64,000 nt of DNA, from positions 7,189-71,188 of the IMG/VR virus record IMGVR_UViG_3300010373_000043; one strand, written 5' to 3'. Source of the DNA: a virus. The position numbers were made by a program, and so were the translations under genes. Shown piece after piece: positions 40,596 through 49,624 of this stretch (position 1 is its first letter; the number at the start of each line of letters is the position of its first letter). Below the pieces are notes generated by a model. The model searched no databases, had not been told where the DNA came from, and saw nothing but the letters and a program-made list of their open reading frames with translations.

Positions 40596-41110
40596 TAGGC
40601 GTAGGGGATGTCCTTCTGCGCTTGCGGGAGGACCGTCGACCACCACACGCTCGAATGGCTCTGGTCGCCGTCGAGCCCGCTCGTCGAGTACGCCAGCCAC
40701 GCATGCAATAGCTCGTGGTGCAGCACTCCATGGTCGATGCCCCAATCCATGATGTAGATGTCGCTAACGCTGTTGCCGAAGATGCAGGGCCACACGATCG
40801 TATCGCCTGCGACGCCGGGATCACCGTCGGCCCAAAAGTCCTGATCGTTGTGCGTGGTGTCGTTTCCCTTGACGTACCAGTGCCACTTGATGTCCTTCGG
40901 CACAACGTCGGGACCGTGGAACGGCGTGTTCGCCTTGTAATAGTCCCAAATGTCCTGCGCCATCGTCGACCAGCCCTCGGGGCCGACAGGATCAGAAACG
41001 CAGCTACCGTCGGAGCAGGGCGGATTGTAGGGATTGTGCGGACAATCCTGAGCACCGCAGCCAGCGAGCACCGTCAGGAACAGCACGAAAAACCCAAAGA
41101 AATTGCGCAT
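40592..41110 (-). CDS. Lipoprotein with HExxH zinc-metallopeptidase motif
   Basis: Lipobox LAGC; VLHHELLHAW; AGGAGG SD. Confidence 0.7.
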   Translation of the reverse strand: MRNFFGFFVLFLTVLAGCGAQDCPHNPYNPPCSDGSCVSDPVGPEGWSTMAQDIWDYYKANTPFHGPDVVPKDIKWHWYVKGNDTTHNDQDFWADGDPGVAGDTIVWPCIFGNSVSDIYIMDWGIDHGVLHHELLHAWLAYSTSGLDGDQSHSSVWWSTVLPQAQKDIPYAY

Positions 41111-41124
41111 GTGAGCCTCCTATG

Positions 41125-41153
41125 GTTCTAGCCTAATCCCGATTTTTGGGCAA
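41125..41153 (-). promoter_or_regulatory. sigma70-type promoter TTGCCC-17-TAGAAC
   Basis: 17-nt spacer directly upstream of the SD of 40592..41110. Confidence 0.5.
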
Positions 41154-41184
41154 GTCAAGCACATTCGGTAACAATCTTGACTGC

Positions 41185-41580
41185 ATGGAACAAAAGTTTT
41201 GCACTAAGTGCCAAAATTTTCGGAGTACCGAGGATTTCTATAAAAGAAACGGCAAGTTGCGTCTACCTTGTATCGTCTGTTTTAAGGCAGCAAGTGATGC
41301 GTGGAGGCTGGCACATCCCGATCGTATCAAAGCAAAGACTCTCCGTCGGAGGTATCATGGGCTCACCGTCGAGAAATTCGAGGAAATGGTTGCAAATCAG
41401 AACGGCGTTTGCGCTATCTGCCAAAAACCTTGCAGCTCTAAGCCTCGTCTCTCAATCGATCATGACCATAAAACGCAGCGGATCCGAGGATTGCTCTGCG
41501 CAAACTGCAATCATGGCCTCGGCCACTTTAAAGACTCGCCCGAGCTTCTACGCAGGGCTGCAATCTATCTAGAACAATGA
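41185..41580 (+). CDS. Endonuclease VII-domain (HNH) protein
   Basis: CTKC..C, QNGVCAIC, L.IDHDH.T..IRGLLC..CN.GLG; ATG 6 nt after AATCTT. Confidence 0.9.
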   Translation: MEQKFCTKCQNFRSTEDFYKRNGKLRLPCIVCFKAASDAWRLAHPDRIKAKTLRRRYHGLTVEKFEEMVANQNGVCAICQKPCSSKPRLSIDHDHKTQRIRGLLCANCNHGLGHFKDSPELLRRAAIYLEQ

Positions 41581-42089
41581 CCGACAACGACGACAACTTT
41601 GGGCGTATCGATACGCTGGGCCTCTACCAGCCGTTCCTGGAGCGCGTCAGCATGGTTATAGGCGCATGCCAGAAGCGTGGGGTGTACTTCGTGGCAACAT
41701 GCGGTCTACGCACCTACGACGAACAGGACGCGATCTACGCTAAGGGCCGCACAGCTCCGGGCGGCATCGTGACGAATGCAAAGGGTGGCCAGAGCCTCCA
41801 CAATTTCGGAATAGCTGTTGACTTCTGCCGTGACGCTAATTACCCGTCGAAGGAAGGTCTCAAGCCCGACTACACCGACTCGCACTACGCGATACTTGGT
41901 GAGGAAGCGGCAAAGCTCGGCCTCGAATGGGGCGGCGGCTGGAAGAGCATCAAGGACACGCCGCACGTCCAACTCCCATACAACCTCAAATTTGGTATTA
42001 AGCTCTCTGATCTGCGTCGCGAATACTCGAAGGGTGGCTATGCAGCCGTCTACAAGTTTCTTGATCAGTACAAGTGGTTTGACGACTAG
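41577..42089 (+). CDS. Endolysin, M15 L-Ala-D-Glu peptidase
   Basis: GLRT..EQ..IYAKGRT, VTNAKGGQSLHNFGIAVD, WGG.W...D.PHVQ. Confidence 0.92.
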   Translation: MTDNDDNFGRIDTLGLYQPFLERVSMVIGACQKRGVYFVATCGLRTYDEQDAIYAKGRTAPGGIVTNAKGGQSLHNFGIAVDFCRDANYPSKEGLKPDYTDSHYAILGEEAAKLGLEWGGGWKSIKDTPHVQLPYNLKFGIKLSDLRREYSKGGYAAVYKFLDQYKWFDD

Positions 42090-42122
42090 CACGGCAATCT
42101 TACTCCGAGGAGTACTCTCAAA

Positions 42123-42470
42123 ATGCCTAGCATTCAAATTCCGAAGTTCGGCGAAGCGCTCGCCGGAAACGGTGGCGCAGACGGCAAGCTTCAAGTTGCC
42201 AAGTCAGACCCGTATTACGTTGGCTGTGTCGCTTATCTAAGCGACACAACTGGGAAAAATCAAGCAGTCCTCATCACGCAGATTGTCGACACGACGCACA
42301 TTCGTGCTCGCAAGATCGCAAACGACGGTTCGTCGAATGTGAAGACTCTGTCGTATGCGGTTGGTTCTGATCTTTCGGCATTCACAACGGCCAACACCGC
42401 TCGTATCGATATGCCGGCTCAAGTAGCGCGCGTCGATCAGCCGACATTCTCGAAGCCTTCGTCAATCTAA
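42123..42470 (+). CDS. Small virion-associated protein
   Basis: GAGGAG SD, CAATCTT at 42095. Confidence 0.6.
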   Translation: MPSIQIPKFGEALAGNGGADGKLQVAKSDPYYVGCVAYLSDTTGKNQAVLITQIVDTTHIRARKIANDGSSNVKTLSYAVGSDLSAFTTANTARIDMPAQVARVDQPTFSKPSSI

Positions 42471-42488
42471 CCCTTTCGAGGTCGGTAA

Positions 42489-44945
42489 ATGGGTCGTCAA
42501 TGGATTGATGATGTCGAGTCGGGCAAGCTTGTACCGATTCCCGATAGTAATGATTTCCGCACTCGTGGCCCACAGGGTCCGAAGGGAGATCCAGGAGCAT
42601 CAGGCGAGCAGCTCCCCGATAAAACGGGCACGAGCGGCAAATTCCTTATGTCGCAAGGTGAATCAGCTCCTCCGGTTTGGGCCGTAGCTGCCGCTGCGCG
42701 CACGTTCTACGTCGACACCGCCGCGGAGGATCTCGGCGCTGCGATCAACGCGCTCGACGCCGCCGCCGGTGCATGGCCGGCAACGATCGTCGTTCCCGAT
42801 TCTCCGACTGGCGAATACAATTTCGCTACGCACGTCGCGTTATCGAACCACCGCGTCCTCCGTCTCGGTTCGGCGACGTACGCCAATAACATCCCCGCGG
42901 GATCGGCGCTTTTTGAAATGAACCGCGGGCAGTTCGTTTCGATCATTGGTCAAGGTCCGTCGACGGTGATCAAGGAGCACACGGATCCCACCGGGGACGG
43001 TTCCCTTTACAACTATATGTTCGCTCGCTACACGGACCAATACGACGCGACCAACATCGCGTACGGCGACGCTCTTTTCGCCGACTTCACGATCAGCGGA
43101 ACCGGCCTGAATTATGCCGGCAACGGCACGTCACAAACGTTTGCGCTCGCGAATGCGAAGAGGATCGACTTCCGCGGCGTTCGCCTCGATAGCACGCACG
43201 CGATCGGCATCGGAATCGGCGGCTCCATCCAGCTTACAATCAGCGGGCCGCCCGGAGACTTCGCCGAGGACGTTTCCATCATTGGTTGCAGGTTCATCAA
43301 CGTCTCGACGCAGAATATAGGAGCGGTAAATTTCCGGGGGTTGCGGATCATAGGCAACGAATTCCGCGGCGGCCCGCTGTCGCAGGGCACGTATATCGAC
43401 ATCGAGACGAACGACGGCGACGGGCATTGCGAAAACTTCATCATCGCCAACAACACGATCGACGTCGGGCGCGACAGCGTCGGTGATGGCACGGCGGGCA
43501 ACACGTGGGGAATCTTCGTCCAGCAAGGAACCGACGATCCGCTTGAAGGGCAGTGCGGACCGGGACTGATCATCGGCAACACGATCATGGGAGACTCAGG
43601 CGGCGTCAGTCTCGCGACGGCCATCGAGGTCAATCACTGCCGAGACGTCTCCGTCATCGCCAACTACGTCCGCGAGTCGAATACGATCCTGCTCGACACG
43701 TGCACCCGTTGTGACGTGTCTGGCAATCGCGTTCAAGCCTCTGGCGGGGGCGGCAATCCTGGTATTTGGCTCGCCAACACGACGCACACCGACGTCTACG
43801 GCAATAGGCTGATTTGGACGCCGGGAACGTACGCGTCGAACAGCCCCGGGATCGCCGAAACCGGAGGCTCCGACTATAATAATTTCTGGGATAACAAACT
43901 AACGTTTGGCGACGGGACGGGCACGTTCAACCCCGTCGTGACCGTTGTGGGTGCGCACTCCCGCTCCAAGGGAAATATCAAGGCGAACAACGCGAACCAC
44001 GACAACTCGACGACGTGGGACGTCGAGCTAGCAGACGGCGTGGCCGTGCGCTGCAACGGCTCTGGGTTCGGTACGGCGCTCGTTCATAACGGGTATCAGT
44101 ACGCGCCGAAGAATGTCGCCACGTCCGACAACAAAGTCCACGTGTGGATGCCAAGCTCTGTGCCGTCGAGCATGGCGTCGCCGATATGGGAATGGGGCAC
44201 GGTCGTTCAGGCGGACGAGCCCGTCGAAGTGTCGGCGCTGCGCTTCTTCAAAGTCGCTGGCGACGCGCTTTCGACGCACACGTTGCGCATCTACGACGCG
44301 GACAACAACATCGGGGACGGGCCGCTTTGTGAAGTAGCGAGCACCGACGAGACGGCATCAGGGTGGCAGCGAGTAGCGCTCGGAACTCCGTTCATTCTTG
44401 TGAAGGGAAAGAAGTATGCGGTCACCCTCGTCCTGACCGGGTCCAACAATGCGGCCTATTTCGACTTGACCGGAACTCCGACGGTCAACCGACCGCCGTT
44501 CACGATCATCGCAGGGGCTGTCGACAACGCGACGGTTGCCGGTGTTCAGCCGTTCAACTCCACGTCCGCTACGAACACGCCCGCGGTCGGATTCGAGGCT
44601 GTCGTCGGAGACGTCGCGTCGTACAACGTCGAAGAACTGGTTATCGCCGACACGAGCGCGATCGACCTCGTCGACGTGGCTACGCCACGCGAAGGCAACT
44701 ATCTCGTCGCCGCCTACTACCGTGTCGTCACTGCGCCCACCGATGTCACGATCACGGTGACGTGGACCGACGGCAGCGGAAGCGAGCAGTCGCTCAATAT
44801 TGAGACTGTCAGCGGTGCGACGGTAGGATCGCACAGTGTAGCGTCGAGGCTTATCAATGTTCAGCCTCTAGGGCCGCTCAAAATCAAACTAACCGCTAGT
44901 GTGGCTGATAACGTCATTGCGTCAGCTACCGTAATTTTGTTGTAA
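42489..44945 (+). CDS. Tailspike: collagen stub, pectin-lyase-like beta-helix, DUF4082-like domain
   Basis: GPQGPKGDPG; repeated I.GN/I.NN parallel beta-helix motifs; WEWGT...ALRFFK...H.LRIY...SGWQ.V.L.TP. Confidence 0.8.
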   Translation: MGRQWIDDVESGKLVPIPDSNDFRTRGPQGPKGDPGASGEQLPDKTGTSGKFLMSQGESAPPVWAVAAAARTFYVDTAAEDLGAAINALDAAAGAWPATIVVPDSPTGEYNFATHVALSNHRVLRLGSATYANNIPAGSALFEMNRGQFVSIIGQGPSTVIKEHTDPTGDGSLYNYMFARYTDQYDATNIAYGDALFADFTISGTGLNYAGNGTSQTFALANAKRIDFRGVRLDSTHAIGIGIGGSIQLTISGPPGDFAEDVSIIGCRFINVSTQNIGAVNFRGLRIIGNEFRGGPLSQGTYIDIETNDGDGHCENFIIANNTIDVGRDSVGDGTAGNTWGIFVQQGTDDPLEGQCGPGLIIGNTIMGDSGGVSLATAIEVNHCRDVSVIANYVRESNTILLDTCTRCDVSGNRVQASGGGGNPGIWLANTTHTDVYGNRLIWTPGTYASNSPGIAETGGSDYNNFWDNKLTFGDGTGTFNPVVTVVGAHSRSKGNIKANNANHDNSTTWDVELADGVAVRCNGSGFGTALVHNGYQYAPKNVATSDNKVHVWMPSSVPSSMASPIWEWGTVVQADEPVEVSALRFFKVAGDALSTHTLRIYDADNNIGDGPLCEVASTDETASGWQRVALGTPFILVKGKKYAVTLVLTGSNNAAYFDLTGTPTVNRPPFTIIAGAVDNATVAGVQPFNSTSATNTPAVGFEAVVGDVASYNVEELVIADTSAIDLVDVATPREGNYLVAAYYRVVTAPTDVTITVTWTDGSGSEQSLNIETVSGATVGSHSVASRLINVQPLGPLKIKLTASVADNVIASATVILL

Positions 44946-45001
44946 TCAGAATAAGACCGACTGGTTCGTCTCCGTATAATCCCAAACACAATCTTTCAGT
45001 C

Positions 45002-45616
45002 ATGAGCGCTCTTACAATACGTCAACAAGCCACTCTCGATGAAGCTCTTCGAAGACTTCTTCGTGATGCTGGATACCCAGACTTTGTTCCCAATGACGTA
45101 TCACTGGGCGAACTGATTGATAGCGGTAGCACGTCCTCGTCGCCGCCATCGGTCCTTGATCTTCCAGAGATCGCCACCGCTTTCACACCGACTACGTCGT
45201 CGGGCGATATTACGACTTCGATGCAATTTATTCCAAGTCAGAATCGCGACATGACTGGCGTTAAATTCTATTGGGATGGCTTTGCGGGCGAGTCTCTTCA
45301 GGTAAAAGCAACTCTCTATGCTGGTGACGGTACCGTTATGGCAAACAAAACAATTACCGTGAGTGCTGCTGGAGTTTATACAGCAACATTCGATACTCCG
45401 GTATCTGTTGCGCCGGGCGTACTTTACTTTGCTGCAATTTACCAGGGGATCTCTTTTCAAACCGGTATTTCGTCTGGCAATTTGCCTACCGTACCGATGT
45501 TTGCCGGTGGAGACATCGTGCTCGTAGGGAGCTTTTTCACGAATGGAGATGCCTTGCCAGACTCTTCTCCTGGTGGACAGCTCTATCCAATAATTCCGAT
45601 CTTGCAATACGATTAA
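45002..45616 (+). CDS. DUF4082-like virion protein
   Basis: TGVKFYW...TATFDTPV.V.PG..Y; ATG 6 nt after AATCTT. Confidence 0.6.
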   Translation: MSALTIRQQATLDEALRRLLRDAGYPDFVPNDVSLGELIDSGSTSSSPPSVLDLPEIATAFTPTTSSGDITTSMQFIPSQNRDMTGVKFYWDGFAGESLQVKATLYAGDGTVMANKTITVSAAGVYTATFDTPVSVAPGVLYFAAIYQGISFQTGISSGNLPTVPMFAGGDIVLVGSFFTNGDALPDSSPGGQLYPIIPILQYD

Positions 45617-46497
45617 GGTCGAATGACCTTATTGCCACGCTTCTCGTGGTAGACGTGGAAGTAGGATCCGTCGCGGTGAGTGAACGCTTGATAGCGCTCG
45701 CCGCGCTGGTCCTTACCTGTCGGCGCTCCTCGCTTCCAGCCTGCGATACGCAATAGCAGTAGCGTGAACCAGCCCATCACTCGCTCTTGAGGAATGCGAT
45801 CACTGCGTCGCAGTTTTGCTCGACGCCCCAGAGCGCATTCTTCTTGATGTGCTCGATGCCTTCGATCGCTTTGGCGAGCTTGGCCCTTAGGACGTTGCGC
45901 TCCTGCAAGACGTCGTAGTGACGCTTGGAGCGACGGAGGATGTCCTCCATATGTTCCTTTTCTCGCTTATTCCACGAGACGACGACACCTTGTCCGTACT
46001 TGGTCGACTGCTCAAGCTCCCAAGCGATGAAGTGCGCTTGACCGATGCTGTACCACATCGCACTCCATGCTTGCCACCACTGATCGTCTTTGGCAAAGAG
46101 CTGAGTCTCCAGATTGCCGATCTCTGTGGTGTGTTCTGTTCTCGATACGCAACTCGAATGCAAGCTCGCATCGGCAACCGTATCAAGCATGACTCGAAGT
46201 ATGACTTGCTCTATGCGATCCGTAACGACAGTGCATCCGTCGAACGTGCCATAGCTGCGAAGCCTAACTTCTTCGGCATATTCTCTAGCAGTCTTTCTAG
46301 CCATTGGCCAGTACCGACCAGTCGAACGCGCAGCCGATCTTTAGCTGCTGCGCTACGTTCCACTTGACGTCGACGAGCATCTTCATACCGGCGACATCTT
46401 CGAGCTGGACGCGCACGTAGTCGCCGAAGTTTTCCATCTTCTGCACGGTGACTGTAGTGAGCAAGCTGAAAGCCTTCTCTTCTCCGTACGCGCCCAT
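45613..46497 (-). CDS. Three hypothetical genes (46297..~46497, 45777..46304, 45613..45777)
   Basis: Coupled starts/stops downstream of the Nudix gene. Confidence 0.55.
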
Positions 46498-46952
46498 CAC
46501 TTCACTCCAATGTGTGCTGCGAGCTTGCGGTTGTAATCGCCGAACGGACCGTCGAAGAGCTGTTGCCACGTGACCCAGGCAACGCGACCGGTTTCCTTCG
46601 TCGCCTCGATGCGGAAGATCATGCCTTGCGTTGCCATGAACGTGACGCCACCTTCACGACGGAACACTTCCACGAGAGCGCACGTCGCTCCAAACTGCTG
46701 GTAGAGCGTCACGCCAGTCTCCTCGCGGAATTCTCGGCGAGCTGCCTCGTCCTCTGTTTCTGCCGCGACCCTTCCTGATCCTCTACAATCAGGACAGACG
46801 TCTTTGGAAACTCCAAAGTAGTCTACACAGCGACATTCCTTCTCTTCGACCTTGCCACCGGGTAAGCCCCACGCGTTCGGATCGTCCTTACGCGAGACAC
46901 CGAGAACCATGCCCGTGATTGGGCATACCATCAAGATACATGCGCTAGCCAT
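46497..46952 (-). CDS. Nudix hydrolase with Zn-finger insertion
   Basis: WGLPGGKVE-[insert]-ET..EAARREFREETGV. Confidence 0.88.
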   Translation of the reverse strand: MASACILMVCPITGMVLGVSRKDDPNAWGLPGGKVEEKECRCVDYFGVSKDVCPDCRGSGRVAAETEDEAARREFREETGVTLYQQFGATCALVEVFRREGGVTFMATQGMIFRIEATKETGRVAWVTWQQLFDGPFGDYNRKLAAHIGVK

Positions 46953-47821
46953 TAGAAATCGCCTCCCGCGCCGCCGCCACCCGACATTCCACCACCACCA
47001 CCGTCGAAACCGCCGCCACCGAATCCGCCTCCACCGCTGTAATCGTCGTTCGATGACGAGGACGACCAGGATGAAGTGCTGTGGCGGTCGCTCGGCGTAT
47101 CATCACGACGCGACGGGCGGGAGGTTTCGATGACTGGCGCGACTACCGTCGTCGCATGAACCGGAGCCGGCGTAGTAACCCGATATGGAGCCGTAACGGG
47201 TCGATCCGGCGTGATTCGATATGGAGCTGGTGCGTTGACCTTCTCATGGTCCTCACGAACCAGAAAGTAGATGATGAGCCCCACGATGCCAGCACCGAAG
47301 AGCAAGAAGAGCAGAATGATCAGCCCGTCGCTCGGATGGCTGTGCTCGGGCGTTGTTACCGGAGCGGCTTCACGAGCCTCGGCGTGCATCAGCGGAACGA
47401 TCTGATCGACAACAGCGACCAAGCCGCCGCCCCAATCACCACGCTTCCACGCGGGCACACCGAATTGCTGACCGATGTGAGCTGCCTGCAAATCGGTGAT
47501 GCGGCCTTCTAGACCGTAACCGACTTCGATACGCCACTTGCGCATCTGCGGCGAGAGCACGATGAGCACTCCGTCGTTCTTGCCTGCGTGACCGATCTTC
47601 CATTCGGTGAAGAGCTTGTTCGTAAACTCTTCCTTTTCGTCGCCGCGGAAGTCGTTCGTGACGACGACTTCGAACTGTCCATCACCAGACTTGTCCATGG
47701 CTTCGCATGCACCTTCGAGCTGCGTGAACTGCTGGACGTTGAGAGCGTTCGCTTCATCGAGGACGCAGAGTCCGCGAGGCTGCGCAGGCAGAAGTGACAG
47801 GAACAGTAGAATAGCGTGCAT
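46952..47821 (-). CDS. TPM-domain (YgcG-like) membrane protein
   Basis: VLDEAN.L, WKIG....NDGVLIVL, RIEVGYGLEG.ITD, TM helix, Gly-rich GGGGAGGDF tail. Confidence 0.9.
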   Translation of the reverse strand: MHAILLFLSLLPAQPRGLCVLDEANALNVQQFTQLEGACEAMDKSGDGQFEVVVTNDFRGDEKEEFTNKLFTEWKIGHAGKNDGVLIVLSPQMRKWRIEVGYGLEGRITDLQAAHIGQQFGVPAWKRGDWGGGLVAVVDQIVPLMHAEAREAAPVTTPEHSHPSDGLIILLFLLFGAGIVGLIIYFLVREDHEKVNAPAPYRITPDRPVTAPYRVTTPAPVHATTVVAPVIETSRPSRRDDTPSDRHSTSSWSSSSSNDDYSGGGGFGGGGFDGGGGGMSGGGGAGGDF

Positions 47822-47840
47822 TTTCGTCTCCTCATGACCC

Positions 47841-48263
47841 TTATAGCGAAAGTCCCTCGTAGGTGACGCCGCGTGTAGGCCAGAGTATGATCACGGGCTT
47901 GTCGATCTTGCGAGCGTAGTCGACCGTGTACCACGTGCCACCCTTCGATTCTTCGAAATCGTTGTAGGGTGTGGCGATCAGAACCTCGCTCGCGTGCACA
48001 ATGTCACGGTTGCGAGCGAAGTGAGTTTTCTCCGGGAACATCATCACAGAGCCCTTGCAGAAGGCTCGGTGCTTGTCGTCGACAGGAGGATGGATGTGAA
48101 CGAAGCCACCGACAGCGATTGTCAGATAGTGAGCTTCTTTGTCTGCACCTTCGCAGTCGCCATGATGCAATTCGACGGATGATCTTTCAGAAAGGATCCG
48201 CTCCAGGTTGTGGAGCTGTAATTCCGTCATGCCGAAACGAGTGCCGGTGAAGCCGATCTTCAT
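47841..48263 (-). CDS. SLOG-superfamily (DprA/YspA-like) protein
   Basis: KIGFTGTR, HGDC.GAD, ARNRDIV, GGTWYT..YA. Confidence 0.8.
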   Translation of the reverse strand: MKIGFTGTRFGMTELQLHNLERILSERSSVELHHGDCEGADKEAHYLTIAVGGFVHIHPPVDDKHRAFCKGSVMMFPEKTHFARNRDIVHASEVLIATPYNDFEESKGGTWYTVDYARKIDKPVIILWPTRGVTYEGLSL

Positions 48264-48802
48264 GGAAGGGTAGCGGTCAGATACTTTGCCGGAATGTCGT
48301 CGCTGAGCCACACGCCATTGTCGGCACGATAGAAGCGGATCCCGTCCTTGTGAGCTTGCAGAGCGTTTACCTGGATCAAGACCGGCTTGCCTCGACGAGC
48401 ACCGACCTCGACGGCTGCTGCCGTTGTCTCTGAAAGATGAACGTGCGTGCGCTTCATCTTGCTTAGGCCCGTGTCGAAGATCTCGCTGAGCACTGCTGTG
48501 TGCGTCCCGTGGAAGAGCATGTCAGGCGGCTCGACCGTCGGCAGATTCAAATCGACGTCGACGCTGTGACCCTGAGCGGCCTTGATGAAGAGAGTGCCAG
48601 CACCGTGAACGATGAAGCGAACCTTGTCCGATGGAGTCGTGACAACCTCCATGATCTCCTCGACGGTGCGACCAAGAGCCTCAGCGAGCCTGTCGAGTGG
48701 CACGTTGCCTTCGAGCCCGAGCGTGAGACCAAATTCCTCAGGATGATGTCGCAACGCGTACGACATCTTCTTGCTGAGCTTCGTTCGTTCCTTTTCAGTC
48801 AT
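48260..48802 (-). CDS. kptA: RNA 2'-phosphotransferase (KptA/Tpt1)
   Basis: SK.MSY.LRH, K.RF, AAQGHS, LFHGT, R.HVHLS, VGARRG, NGVWL. Confidence 0.95.
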   Translation of the reverse strand: MTEKERTKLSKKMSYALRHHPEEFGLTLGLEGNVPLDRLAEALGRTVEEIMEVVTTPSDKVRFIVHGAGTLFIKAAQGHSVDVDLNLPTVEPPDMLFHGTHTAVLSEIFDTGLSKMKRTHVHLSETTAAAVEVGARRGKPVLIQVNALQAHKDGIRFYRADNGVWLSDDIPAKYLTATLP

Positions 48803-49540
48803 TGATTCTTTCCAAAATCTCTACATCATCCGGCCCGAGCCAAGCAGCCCACTTTGCCATCTTGTCCTTGGTCCATCGCCAAGTTTCGCTCAAGCTCTCC
48901 AATAGCATCTTGCCGTTCTTCTCGTTCTTCACGAGGAACGTGTCGCCGTGTTGCTTCACGCGATTCTTGGCGTATTGCGTGAGCGGTTTGATTCGAACCT
49001 TCATGTGCATATCGGACGAATGGTCATCTTACCGTCGAGGCTCCATTCTTTGGTTACACGACCCTCTTGTTCCCATGAAGCGAACAGGCAGATCAGGTGC
49101 CACGGAGCTAACCACAGCGCACGACCGGCCGCGTGCATGGCGATGTAGAACCAATTGACGTTGCCGAGCGCGGTCATTTCGAAACCTGACAGCAGCCATC
49201 GCAACCATGAACAGCATGTGCATCGACGGCATCCTTCGGGACTCGCGTTCGCAGAAAGCTCAGCTCATCGGGATCGGGATGGCCGATGCCGTGAGGACAG
49301 ATGCGCTCCATCATGCGGCGATCCTCTCGCCAGTGCTGACGCCACGTTTTCATATGGTGATCGGACGGATGATGAATCGAGCAATCCTGTCCTTTGCACA
49401 GCGACGGGAGATGCGTGTAGAGCACTTCGCCACCGACGAGAGTCACGCAATCCATCTGACGAACGACCGGACGCCAACGCGTGCGAAGCGGCTCTTTTGT
49501 TGCCTTCTTCGGCTTCTTGCGTGGGGGTGTTGACTTCATC
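48795..49540 (-). CDS. Three small hypothetical genes (49174..~49539, ~49001..49177, 48795..49010)
   Basis: Coupled; the largest has C.IH.PS.HHM..W, ERICPHGIGHPDPD, HGCDGCC. Confidence 0.55.
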
Positions 49541-49565
49541 TGGACACCTGTCGTATAGGGAGTGC

Positions 49566-49618
49566 GCAAGGGGCTGAGAGCGGGAGGCGGCGGCGTAGGA
49601 GGGCTCTCAGCCCCTTGC
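49566..49618. repeat. Perfect 16-bp inverted repeat with 21-nt loop
   Basis: GCAAGGGGCTGAGAGC (49566-49581) / GCTCTCAGCCCCTTGC (49603-49618), intergenic, no U-tract. Confidence 0.85.
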
Positions 49619-49624
49619 TATGCG

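Noticed and set aside
38508-45616. Diversity-generating retroelement acting on fibre genes
   Set aside because: No reverse transcriptase and no adenine-variant template/variable repeat pair seen in this window
46952-47040. CCGCCACC-type low-complexity repeats
   Set aside because: They encode the normal Gly-rich tail of TPM/YgcG proteins
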